Notes under the pieces: model-generated
Told to the model about the DNA's origin: nothing
Databases searched by the model: none
What the model saw: the letters and a program-made list of their open reading frames with translations, nothing else
In this document: piece after piece, positions 1-8,355 of the stretch
Position numbering within the stretch: position 1 is the first letter of the stretch
How the letters are laid out: every line of letters starts with the position of its first letter
Position numbers and translations under genes: made by a program
Sequence record: DRR723986_2455
DNA: 20,000 nt
Strand: one strand, 5' to 3'

Positions 1-1034
1 ATCACTTTCTCGAGACGTTGACGCTGTCTATTGGCGGTGAAGCCGCTGAGCTGTTGGTGATTCGCCGCAACCCCCTGCGGGTGGAGAATGTTTGGTACTA
101 CGGCCTTTCTGAGGAGTTGTTGCAGTGGTACATCGGCAGCGACATGATTGCCGTGGATATCGTCATCAATACGGCAATTCGTCAGGCGCCAGGCGCTTTT
201 CAGACCGCGCTTACCTATGTCGAAGAGACTAACCCCGATGAGGGCTCTGTGCGCTGGGAAGCAGAGCAGGGCATGCTCGATGCCGCTTGGCTTGTTGTTG
301 AAAGCTCAGCGGATGAATGTGTGCTGCTGACAATTCAAAGAACCGTGGAACAGGGTGCATTTCAGCCGCATGAAATTGGCGCTCTGAACCGTCTTGCTCC
401 CTATATTCGTCAGGCTGTGGGCCTCAATCGGCAGTTAGCATCGCGTAGCGACGTGTCGTCATCCCTGGCTGCGGTCATCGATGTATTGCCCGATGCGACG
501 TTAGTGCTGGACAGCTATTCCACGGTGTTGCACTCCAATAAGGCCGCGCGAGCGTTGCTTGATCGCGAGCGCAGCCTGGCGATACGCGATGAGCGCCTGA
601 GCTTTTCAGAGACGGCGCTGCAATCCGCGTTTTTTCTCGCCTCGACACAGGTTGTGCGCGCCAGTATTGGTCGCGAGGGGCATTACACCGAGACCTTATT
701 CTTAAAACGTGCCGGTCGTCAGCCGCTGATATTTGTATTGCGGCCGATAGAGAGCAGCGAGTTATTGGCGGGCGGAGCGCTGCTTACCATTTATGAGCCC
801 GGTCACCGGCAGTTGCCAAATGCCGAGCAAATTGCCGGCTATTTTGAACTTACGGTGGCGGAGTCACAGGTGTGCGAGCACTTGGTAGCGGGCATGGATT
901 TGCAAGCTATTGCCGACCACTTGGGGCGCAAGATAAGCACTGTGCGTTACCAGTTAAAGCAGGTTTTTCAGAAGACGGCATGCACCCGGCAGGGAGAGTT
1001 GGTGAGCAGTATTTTAGCGGCGCTATTGCGATAG
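1..1034 (+). CDS. LuxR-type HTH transcriptional regulator with PAS-like sensor region (5' end probably outside the window)
   Basis: The frame is open back to the window edge. It has a PAS-like segment (LAAVIDVLPDATLVLDSYSTVLHSNKAA) and a C-terminal LuxR HTH (FELTVAESQVCEHLVAGMDLQAIADHLGRKISTVRYQLKQVFQKT..RQGELV). Confidence 0.88.
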   Translation, partial: HFLETLTLSIGGEAAELLVIRRNPLRVENVWYYGLSEELLQWYIGSDMIAVDIVINTAIRQAPGAFQTALTYVEETNPDEGSVRWEAEQGMLDAAWLVVESSADECVLLTIQRTVEQGAFQPHEIGALNRLAPYIRQAVGLNRQLASRSDVSSSLAAVIDVLPDATLVLDSYSTVLHSNKAARALLDRERSLAIRDERLSFSETALQSAFFLASTQVVRASIGREGHYTETLFLKRAGRQPLIFVLRPIESSELLAGGALLTIYEPGHRQLPNAEQIAGYFELTVAESQVCEHLVAGMDLQAIADHLGRKISTVRYQLKQVFQKTACTRQGELVSSILAALLR

Positions 1035-1053
1035 TGCCTGTTGCAATGGGTGT

Positions 1054-1076
1054 CTGCGGGCAGTTTATGCCCGCAG
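1054..1076. terminator. Hairpin between convergent genes, probable terminator
   Basis: CTGCGGGCA-gttta-TGCCCGCAG is a perfect 9-bp stem between the stops at 1034 (+) and 1087 (-). There is no strong U-tract. Confidence 0.6.
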
Positions 1077-1086
1077 GAGATTGAGC

Positions 1087-2736
1087 TTATTTTGCGACGA
1101 CCTCTCCGACCAGCTCGCTGATAAAAAAGGCACTTTCATGGGACGTGGTGCCGTCCTTATGCGAAAAGCTAATCAGCGCCATTTCACGTCCGCGGCTGTC
1201 TTTGATGGGTGCAAAGAGCCAATAGCCTGTTGAGTCGTCGTCCATGGTTTCATAGTAATCGAGACTGCCCGCCGCATTGACCTTCCAGCTGTGTTCGATC
1301 GTGCTTGATTCATCGGGGCCAAAATCCACCCTGCCTGAGCCGTTTTCGTAGAGCCTAACCGAAATTTTATCGGCCTCATCTGGGAAGGCGTATGTAAAGG
1401 CTTTGCTCTGGTTCTCGACAAACAGGCGCTCTGCGCTGCGCTCAACGGTAGCGGTTTTTCTATAGATGGCGCTGCCGTTGTCATCTTCTACTCGCAATTT
1501 TACCGTGAAGCGGCCCACGCGCATGAAGCTGAATGCATCCTCGGCGTCGCTTTCGCAGTTGAAATCACCCCATTTAGTGGTGGTGCATACATCGTCACCG
1601 TCGGATAAGCCGCCGTCTCCGTCGGTTTCTGAAACGATGTCGGTCACGCTGAACTGTTTGCCATCAATGCTGTAATTTCCCCATTCTGAGGTAGGTGCGT
1701 CAGCGGGGAGGGAGGCGTCACCCTCGTCGCGATAGCTGTGGGCAACGTTGTAGCTGCCATCCTCAAGTACCGTAAGAACGTGGAATTCGTCTGCCTGATC
1801 TTCAATCAGCCAGCTACCTACAAAAGCATTGCTGCTACTTTTGACGCTTTTAAACGCTGCGGCGGCATCCGCCTCGCTACCAAAATGTAGTTCATCGTTA
1901 ACTAAGTGAACCGTTTCCTGGCCGCAGCCTTCGCCTAGCGTTTCACAAAAACCGCCATCGGTGTTGGACTGTGCCTGGGCGCTGAACGTGATTACACCAT
2001 CGGCAGGGTTCCACTCGTAGTAGCCCCACTCTGCGGTGGCGGTACCCTGGTCATCGTTGCCGTATTTGTGACTGACAATGTAGCGATTCCCGCTCAGGAA
2101 AGTCAGTACGCTGACTTCTTCGCCATTTGGCCCTTTACCGTTACTGCTCTCGCCCGCCGGCTCGACAAATAACCAGCTGCCGCGCAGGTCGGCCTGTTGT
2201 GAACGGCCAAAATGGGCTTCGGCCTTGTCCGCGCTGACTAAGCTTTTGCCGGTGGGGGTCGCAACTTCGGTGTCGAATTGCGTTTCAAACTCTGACTGCG
2301 GTAAGCCGAGATTGAGCTGTGCATCGGCAAGAAGTCCGTGAATCTCGCCGTCAATGGTAATGCCATTGTCAGCATTGCCGTCATCGTCCAGTGACTGCAG
2401 CAAGCGCAGAATATTGTTGACCTGGTTGGGCGTGCTGCCGTCCATGTCGGCTGGGGTGACTCGGCCGCTGGCGGGAACCTCGGGCAGTGTGATTCCACCA
2501 ATACTGAAGGTGACGCTATCGCCCTCAACAAATTCGTACTCACCCAGCTCAGTCGTGCTGCCTGATTGGCCGCTGGGCGCGGTTTAATAGCGGATGCCGG
2601 CAACGGCGCTGTCGGTGAAAATGCCTCGCTGAACCTCCGGCTCGGAACTATTGCTTCCGCCAGACGAGGAACCACCGCCACCACAGGCGGTGAGTGTAAA
2701 GGCCAGGGCGAGCGGCCCCCAATAAGCTGATTTCAT
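1087..2736 (-). pseudogene. Acidic surface lipoprotein with two repeated beta-rich domains, interrupted by an in-frame TAA at codon 51
   Basis: ATG at 2736 follows a GGAGA RBS and reads MKSAYWGPLALAFTLTAC-GGGGSSS (lipobox LTAC). It continues ...FTDSAVAGIRY*TAPSGQSGSTTELGEYEFVEGDSVTFSIGG..., in frame with the 1087..2445 ORF. The stop is at 2584-2586. An internal repeat GSWL...VLT.L....Y.V.H.Y....EWG.Y occurs twice. Confidence 0.8.
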
Positions 2737-2924
2737 GGTATCTCCGATTTTTGTACCGAATGTCTAAAGTCGCTAGAGGACCATAGAGCCAGGTACAGCT
2801 CATCTCCCAAATTGGGTATGCGTTACTGGGTGGCGGCGGGAATCGGTAATATTTCTATAATTACCGGGAGCGCGCCTTACTGTTTGCCTGTTTGGGGGTG
2901 GACGTAAGTGAAATGGTGGGGCAT

Positions 2925-2946
2925 AAAAAAAGGCCTTCGCTGTGTC
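2925..2946 (-). terminator. Distal half of the tRNA-Leu intrinsic terminator, split off by the transposon insertion
   Basis: AAAAAAAGGCCTTCG here is the reverse complement of CGAAGGCCTTTT at 19952-19963. Removing the element restores the minus-strand hairpin AAAAGGCCTTCGTTG-ACA-CAGCGAAGGCC followed by a T run. Confidence 0.8.
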
Positions 2947-3090
2947 TGTAGGTAACTTCATTAATTGTCGCCTGCTTTTCATCAAAAGTTGCCACTTTCG
3001 CCGTAATTTCCGGTTCTTTGCGATGGTTATCTTCACTATTGACGACCATATTTCAGAATAAGTTGTCAGTGTTTTTATCATAAGGTGGAA
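2947..3090 (+). repeat. Transposon end distal from the tRNA, with putative TnsB-binding sites
   Basis: Terminal TGT followed by related motifs: CATTAATTGTCGC (2959-2971), CAAAAGTTGCCAC (2983-2995), AATAAGTTGTCAG (3057-3069) and a weaker CATAAGGTGGAA (3079-3090). Confidence 0.75.
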
Positions 3091-3214
3091 AATTAAAACC
3101 TTTTAAAAACAATTGGTTGGGGTTTTTGTTGCAGTTATTAGGGTTGGTTTTGCTCTAACAATCCTGTGTGCACAGCGGTATATTGAGCTAGCTCGGCGCC
3201 AAATGGAGGAGAAT

Positions 3215-3412
3215 ATGAGCACCCCGTCCCGTGAAGGAGCATCTCCTGGAGAGCTCTTTGTCGACGCGCGGCCAGTCCCGGCTAGTTCGAACACAGAATA
3301 TGACCTACGTGAGCTTATTGGCCCACAAGAGACGATTTCCAAGTGCTATGACCGCAACGCTGAGGATAAGCAATGGCTCAATGACCTGCCTGTAGGTTTG
3401 GAAGCACTGTAA
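3215..3412 (+). CDS. Small acidic protein resembling the C-terminal toxin-binding half of MazE/PemI/ChpS antitoxins, with no AbrB domain and no toxin
   Basis: A GGAGGAG RBS precedes ATG 3215 (65 aa). The motif YDLRELI...EDKQWLNDLPVGLEAL* matches the PemI/MazE tail pattern Y.L.EL....E...WL..P.G.E. Confidence 0.6.
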   Translation: MSTPSREGASPGELFVDARPVPASSNTEYDLRELIGPQETISKCYDRNAEDKQWLNDLPVGLEAL

Positions 3413-3651
3413 TTATCATGGCTATTTGCATTCTGAGGTTGGAAATGACGCATTGGCGATGCGTTTGAGTTCCGCCTCTTTTGCGCAGAAGATCGTTGAA
3501 ATAAAATTCATAGGCGTCTCAAATGACACTTAGCGGACGCCCATAACACCGAAGTCGACGGCGGTATATAAATGAGCGGGCAAGTCGGTTACCTTCGTGC
3601 ATAAGGCGCGTTTTGGCGCAATTTCTATTTAGTTGATCATTAAACCCCGTC

Positions 3652-3678
3652 TTTTAAGGCTCACGCTTTGCCTTAAAA
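3652..3678. terminator. Inverted repeat, possible terminator or protein-binding site
   Basis: TTTTAAGGC-tcacgcttt-GCCTTAAAA, 9-bp arms, between convergent genes. Confidence 0.4.
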
Positions 3679-3695
3679 TGCGCAGTTTACCTGAG

Positions 3696-3720
3696 GAAAA
3701 GAGGGCGGCACTCCGCCCCC
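3696..3720 (-). terminator. Intrinsic terminator of the 5616-3724 operon
   Basis: The minus strand reads GGGCGG-agtg-CCGCCC-TCTTTTC immediately after the stop at 3724. Confidence 0.65.
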
Positions 3721-3723
3721 TAC

Positions 3724-5025
3724 CTACCACTTGAAGCCGGGCAGAATCGATTCGGCTGCTTTGCGAAGATCGTTATTCTTGCCCGGGCCATGGGTCAGAT
3801 CATTGGCCGCGTTGCGGAAGGTCTTCACTACGTCATTGTTTTTGCCCGGGCCCTGAGTTAAGTCATTGGCCGCATTGCGGAAGGTTTTCACGACGTCGTT
3901 GTTAGGGCCAAAGTGGCGGGCAAATTCATTGCTCAGATTGTCCAGTGCCTTAACAATATCGTTGTTCGGCCCAAAGCAACCATTTTTGCCGCCCACACCG
4001 TGAGTGAAGCACTTGCTCAGTTCTCGGCTGGTAAGGCGACCACCGGTACAGGTAACAAAGGCCGTCGGCTCCCCCCCCGAACCCATCGCACACTCCATTG
4101 CAATTTGCTGCTCTGGCGTCAGGTCCAGCGACCCCATGCCATAGCAGACTGCCGTGCCGTATACTGAAATATCGCCTTGCTCGGATTCCTGCTGCATGCA
4201 ATTGACCAGGCGGGCCTGATCTTCACTGAAAGAATCCTGCGCCATGCACAAGGGATACGCCTTGTAGTTTTTTCCGTGCTGAAGATAGCAGTCACTGACC
4301 TTGGCGATGTCTCGCTGCTCCTGACTACCGCCAAGCGCGGCCAGCGTGCACAGCGCCATCTTGCCATCGTCATCCTTGGCCTCCCGGGCACATTTATAAA
4401 AGGCCCGTTCTTTTTGCCCCAGCATTTCATTAATCATACACTGTTTGAACTTGTCGTTCTGCAGCTTGCCGTTTTTCGCTCGTGAATTATTGGCACACGA
4501 CAGGGCCTCACTCTCGCGGACCAACCGCGGGGCCGTGATACTAGCGCCGGGCTGTTCAAACCGTCTGGGAATGTAGCGCGTCGTCGATGTCAAAGTTTCA
4601 GCGCCCCGGACGAAACTACCGCCTCGCGGCAAAGGCCGATACGCATGCAGCCACGGATTCGGCGGTGGGTACCCCGGGTTAAACTTGCACTGCCCAATCT
4701 GATTCGCCCCCTGATACATATTGACGGCCACCATCGCGCCCGCCCAGTCAATGAAGTAGCCGTTGTTCGGATCGATGCTCGAGAGCTGGATATACATCAT
4801 CCCTGAGGGGTCACGCCGCATGGGATTGAAGACCGGTCCAAAACCCTGTCTCTGACGAAAAAAGGTGGTTTTTTCCGATACGTAGGTCCCATTGGTCATC
4901 AAAGCTAGGCGGTCAGGCCCGCTACTATCCGCATAAGAACAGGATCCGATTTGTGGTAGCTGCGCCTGGGTAGCGGCTGATAACACTAAAAGCATTAACG
5001 ATAGCAACATCGATGGTAAGCGCAT
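3724..5025 (-). CDS. Secreted cysteine-rich protein with C-terminal 21-aa tandem repeats
   Basis: Sec signal peptide MRLPSMLLSLMLLVLSAATQA, an AGGGGAG RBS, regularly spaced Cys pairs, and NND(V/I)VK...ND..xGPG repeats. Confidence 0.8.
   Translation of the reverse strand: MRLPSMLLSLMLLVLSAATQAQLPQIGSCSYADSSGPDRLALMTNGTYVSEKTTFFRQRQGFGPVFNPMRRDPSGMMYIQLSSIDPNNGYFIDWAGAMVAVNMYQGANQIGQCKFNPGYPPPNPWLHAYRPLPRGGSFVRGAETLTSTTRYIPRRFEQPGASITAPRLVRESEALSCANNSRAKNGKLQNDKFKQCMINEMLGQKERAFYKCAREAKDDDGKMALCTLAALGGSQEQRDIAKVSDCYLQHGKNYKAYPLCMAQDSFSEDQARLVNCMQQESEQGDISVYGTAVCYGMGSLDLTPEQQIAMECAMGSGGEPTAFVTCTGGRLTSRELSKCFTHGVGGKNGCFGPNNDIVKALDNLSNEFARHFGPNNDVVKTFRNAANDLTQGPGKNNDVVKTFRNAANDLTHGPGKNNDLRKAAESILPGFKW
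3770..3972 (-). repeat. 63-nt (21-aa) intragenic tandem repeat, three full copies plus a partial
   Basis: NNDIVKALDNLSNEFARHFGP / NNDVVKTFRNAANDLTQGPGK / NNDVVKTFRNAANDLTHGPGK / NNDLRK. Copies 2 and 3 differ mostly at synonymous sites. Confidence 0.85.
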
Positions 5026-5073
5026 TTTCTTCCCCTTGTCTTTGCTTCGTTATGAGCGGCCCCTCAGCAGAGC

Positions 5074-5616
5074 CTAGCGAACCGTCACGGTAATGGCGAT
5101 GAGTTTGGATTGGTTACCGCCGAGCGCCGCGGCTTGCGATGACATTTCACCGGCAATATCAGACAACGCGGCCTTAGACTGGGTTACCATACAGACGGAA
5201 CCGTTATGGCTGACGTCCTTGCCAACGAGAATGCAGCCCTGAGTTTGGCGTGGATAGTTGCCAACATGGAGTTGCACCAACTTTCGATCGGGCACGCCCT
5301 CGAGCTGAATTCGCCAGCCCTTCTTACCATCGCGGCGAATCCACGCAGGATAGGTACCTTGCGGGATCCGGCTGATGGCAGTTTCATTGTTCTTCCATGG
5401 CAGCTCAAGCGATCGCCCGACCTCTTTGTCGTTGACCAGTATTCGCCCTATCGTGCTGTTGTCCGCGCAAGTCATATTGCGCTCAATCACTAGGTTGAAA
5501 ACCGCATCCTGCTTTGATGCCAATAGATCACTGAGTTTGTCGTCTGCTTGCGACAGATACGGTAGCGAATACAAGGCGAATAAGAGTGAGGCAAGGAAGT
5601 GGCGTGTTCTCAGCAT
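5074..5616 (-). CDS. Secreted DUF5675-like protein (L,D-transpeptidase-like His/Cys motif, putative peptidoglycan-acting enzyme)
   Basis: The likely start is ATG 5616, giving the signal peptide MLRTRHFLASLLFALYSLPYLSQA. Motifs: STIGRI...SLELPWKNN...SRIPQGTY...VPDR..VQLHVGNYPRQTQGCILVG. Confidence 0.78.
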   Translation of the reverse strand: MLRTRHFLASLLFALYSLPYLSQADDKLSDLLASKQDAVFNLVIERNMTCADNSTIGRILVNDKEVGRSLELPWKNNETAISRIPQGTYPAWIRRDGKKGWRIQLEGVPDRKLVQLHVGNYPRQTQGCILVGKDVSHNGSVCMVTQSKAALSDIAGEMSSQAAALGGNQSKLIAITVTVR

Positions 5617-6267
5617 GCTGGCCCCTGACAAGTTAGTTTCGAAGGGAGAATTGTCTATTCCCACTATCGCGAGAACGTTTGTGGAAGGTAAGTAAATATC
5701 CCTGTTTGAGGAATTCGGGGTAGCTGACAAGATTAGTCCCTTTCCCGAAAATAGTTACTACGTTTAGGTAGTAAAAACTATATATTTCAATGGGTTGTGT
5801 TTCGGTTGGCGGTGTTAGCACGACACTGTCCCTTTATTACATTGAAATTCCCTTGCTCTTGATCATATACCGGCCAATTGAGAAATCAATAATTTAACGC
5901 CAGCATAACGGTATAAGCCTAAGACTACTGAAAAAGGCTAAAACGCCGCGGTTATTGGAAAGTTTTGATTGCTCCAAGCATCTGGTAATGTGGCGCAGCG
6001 CTCGTAACGCACAACGAATCTAAACATTCTGACTGTCCGTTTATTGCCAACAGCCGACCTTCATACAAATATGACAATAGTCCAATCCTGTCGAAAATAG
6101 GGCGTTGACTGTAATCCAGCTATTTCCGGGTTTTGGTTGTGATTGGGTATGAATAGAATTTCAACCCTAGTCTGCAATTAGGCCTTATTATTGAATTAGC
6201 CCTCTTTGATTCATTTGGTTATAGTTTTTTGTCTTGGGTCCTTTTGGTGAGGGCTATTACTCATTTG

Positions 6268-6297
6268 CAGGGGCATCGACGTTAATCAATGCCCCTG
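6268..6297 (-). terminator. Hairpin just downstream of the 7282-6305 gene
   Basis: The minus strand CAGGGGCATTGAT-TAAC-GTCGATGCCCCTG forms a 13-bp stem with two G-U pairs, 7 nt after the stop codon. Confidence 0.65.
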
Positions 6298-6304
6298 ATG
6301 TCGA

Positions 6305-7282
6305 TCAAGCCTTTGGGTTTTGCATCGCCAATGTATAGCCGTACCAGCTCTCGAAGTCGCCGTCGAAGCTCCCATTGCAAGCTTGGTCTTTTACCATAGT
6401 CAAAAAGGATCGACGCTCCTTCTCTGAAGAGAGATTCAGAGCAGGCTCAACATGATTGGCAGTGACAATAAAACCAGCGCCATTAGCCTCGCAACAGTAG
6501 AGTCCCGTGTCCTCAATATCACTTACGGCCACCACTAATGCATTGTATTCCTCTGGGCCATCAGGGTCTGCCAGTTCCAAGAAAAGGGCTAAATCCTTCG
6601 TGAAAAGGGGTTCTGGGTCAGACCAATCAGTATCCCTCTGACCCGACACTGATATACCCGTACATGAAAGTCCTCGCTTTCCGGCTTGGTGGGCAAGTGT
6701 TACTGCCGCCTCGAAATTGATCTGGTGTCCGGAGTAGACTCTATCTGGATGAGGCGTGCCTGAAAGACATCCAGTGGTAGAAACTACGGTCTCAGATTTA
6801 CCTATCAATACCCTCGGGTCTGATTCGTAGTCCGGAAACATAGGAAAATCTGCATTTGTCATAGCAATCTCGCCTGACAGTTCGTCCTCAATCTCCGAAT
6901 TTCGCTCAATCAGAAGGTGCTCAATAATAAAATCACCAATGTCGTCATAGTAGTGGACTTCACCGCGAAGCAAGTCCTCGCTCTCAAGCCGTTCCACTAG
7001 GTAATTAGCAAGAGCTCGTGAATCGGGAAGGTCAGAAGGCAGATCTTTCAGGCCAGCTCTTCGAGCATCCATAAGTTGTAAATCTGGCAAGAAAAATTCA
7101 GCGCTTGAGAGGTTGTTAATAGAGGGCCGTGTATCTGCAAGATTGGCAGCATGGCTTTTGTAGCCAAACATTGCTGCGACTAGCTCTCTCGCATGGCTGG
7201 CTTTTAACTTATTTCCAGGAGCCTGTTGCGCATAAAGTTGGCGCAAGGAATCTGAACAAGATTTAGACACATCTGTAGACAT
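6305..7282 (-). CDS. Hypothetical acidic protein with a small N-terminal helical domain (LKASHARELVAAMFGY, 'glyoxalase-superfamily-associated' type)
   Basis: 325-aa ORF with a GGAG RBS. The N-terminal LK.SHA.ELVA..FGY motif is one I associate with mobile-element genes. The rest is unassigned. Confidence 0.7.
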   Translation of the reverse strand: MSTDVSKSCSDSLRQLYAQQAPGNKLKASHARELVAAMFGYKSHAANLADTRPSINNLSSAEFFLPDLQLMDARRAGLKDLPSDLPDSRALANYLVERLESEDLLRGEVHYYDDIGDFIIEHLLIERNSEIEDELSGEIAMTNADFPMFPDYESDPRVLIGKSETVVSTTGCLSGTPHPDRVYSGHQINFEAAVTLAHQAGKRGLSCTGISVSGQRDTDWSDPEPLFTKDLALFLELADPDGPEEYNALVVAVSDIEDTGLYCCEANGAGFIVTANHVEPALNLSSEKERRSFLTMVKDQACNGSFDGDFESWYGYTLAMQNPKA

Positions 7283-7512
7283 AGGATCATCTCCAAACCA
7301 ACGCTGGACTAGACGTGTAGCAGTGGGCGTTTAAACACTACACCTGCCAGCGAATTGGCAAAGGTGATGTCCTTCGTAGAGGTATTTCCGCTGTCTTTTT
7401 GGCCGCACACAACCATGGCAATCAGCTCCTGTTTTAAGCATACGGATTGCTGGGGGTTTTGCAAGCGTAGGGAAACTCCCAAGCGGGGCATCTTGCCTAC
7501 GGTATCAGTGCG
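7283..7512 (-). ncRNA. Candidate structured RNA / long 5' leader
   Basis: Several complementary segments: GTGTAG 7315-7320 with CTACAC 7338-7343; CACC-TGCCA 7341-7349 with TGGCA-aa-GGTG 7356-7366; GCAATC 7418-7423 with GATTGC 7445-7450; CGTAGG 7466-7471 with CCTACG 7496-7501; GCAAG 7461-7465 with CTTGC 7492-7496. The region runs directly into the RBS. Confidence 0.4.
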
Positions 7513-7732
7513 AAAGAGGAGAGCAGCTTAATTTGCGTGACTCCTTTTCATCGCGACAAAGTGGGTAACTGGTCGCCCTAAAAAAACGGCAGGTAGGAGA
7601 TCGTTGTCCTGGAGCTGGCTCGCCGGGTTGATCGTTTGCATGGCCTTTGGCCAAAGGGGGAGGCTTTCCATTCACTGTTTATTGGGAGTAAAGTGGGTCT
7701 AGAGTTCTTGCAGGCAGGGAAAGGATAATAGT

Positions 7733-8083
7733 GTGAAGGAATACAACCCAAACTCGTTTCTAGGGTCAGGCTACAAAAATTTAGACCTAAAATATATTTT
7801 TGACCACCTTCGGAATATAGGGATCGCAGCTGCAATTTTAATAGCAGGGGTCAACCTTGATCCGGATATGCTGAATAAAACATTTCCGAATATCAATCTT
7901 AGTCCTGGGTGGTTTTCAATGGGACTTGTCTTCTTGTCACTGGTACTGCTGAGCCTCAATTTTGCACAGCTGCTGTATATATCCGCTAAGAAAGGCACGA
8001 GGATGTCGGCTTCAATTTCCGCATTCCTGTCGCTGCCATTATATTTTCTAACTGCGCTGATCTATATGGCATACGTTTCTTGA
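7733..8083 (+). CDS. Small membrane protein, about 3 TM segments, unknown function
   Basis: 116 aa with a GTG start after AGGA. Hydrophobic stretches: IGIAAAILIAGV, WFSMGLVFLSLVLLSLNFAQLLYI, ISAFLSLPLYFLTALIYMAYV. Confidence 0.65.
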   Translation: MKEYNPNSFLGSGYKNLDLKYIFDHLRNIGIAAAILIAGVNLDPDMLNKTFPNINLSPGWFSMGLVFLSLVLLSLNFAQLLYISAKKGTRMSASISAFLSLPLYFLTALIYMAYVS

Positions 8084-8154
8084 ACTGGCATTTCCATGTG
8101 ATCTGGGATTTCAAAGCATTAATATAGCTGGTCGAGCGAAACGAGGGCTGTGTG

Positions 8155-8355
8155 ATGGAGTCGGAACGATACAAAGTAATGCTTAAGGCTGCCACGCATC
8201 TCATGGACGGCGATGAGGAGGCTGCAAAGCAATGGCTGGCTAGTCCACAGGATCTTTTTAGTGGTGCGGCCCCAGAAGTCCATGGGGAAAGTGATGTGGG
8301 CCTGCAGGAAGTGCTCCAATTAATAGGAAGATTGGAGCACGGAGTGTTCTCATGA
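8155..8355 (+). CDS. Xre/MbcA/ParS antitoxin C-terminal toxin-binding domain (DUF2384), stand-alone
   Basis: A..L.DGDEEAAKQWLASP...FSGAAP.....SDVGLQEVLQLIGRLEHGVFS* is the characteristic DUF2384 C-terminus. A GAGG RBS is present. The N-terminal HTH is absent and there is no downstream RES toxin. Confidence 0.85.
   Translation: MESERYKVMLKAATHLMDGDEEAAKQWLASPQDLFSGAAPEVHGESDVGLQEVLQLIGRLEHGVFS

Noticed and set aside
2238-2684. 148-aa minus-strand ORF as a frameshifted N-terminus of the lipoprotein
   Set aside because: The true N-terminus is in the same frame as 1087..2445, separated by a stop codon. This ORF is an alternative-frame shadow.
2941-2945. Alternative left ends at TGT 2941 or 2943
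   Set aside because: Neither aligns with the right end without gaps or yields a flanking duplication. 2947 gives 18/25 identity.
2800-3081. ORFs 2800..3081 and 2861..3049
   Set aside because: They cross the transposon-host junction and the TnsB-site region, so they are unlikely to be real genes.
3413-3700. Expected MazF/PemK toxin gene after the antitoxin-like ORF
   Set aside because: Only a 16-codon ORF follows, and I saw no MazF-like motif (such as G.EQ...RP..V).
5892-5968. attC-like imperfect palindrome (ATTTAAC...ATAAC...GTTAT...GTTTTGA)
   Set aside because: The left box fits RYYYAAC but the right box does not fit GTTRRRY. There is no integron integrase or cassette array.
7309-7491. 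60-aa ORF within the structured leader
   Set aside because: No clear RBS and no recognisable protein features. A leader peptide cannot be excluded, but RNA structure explains the region better.
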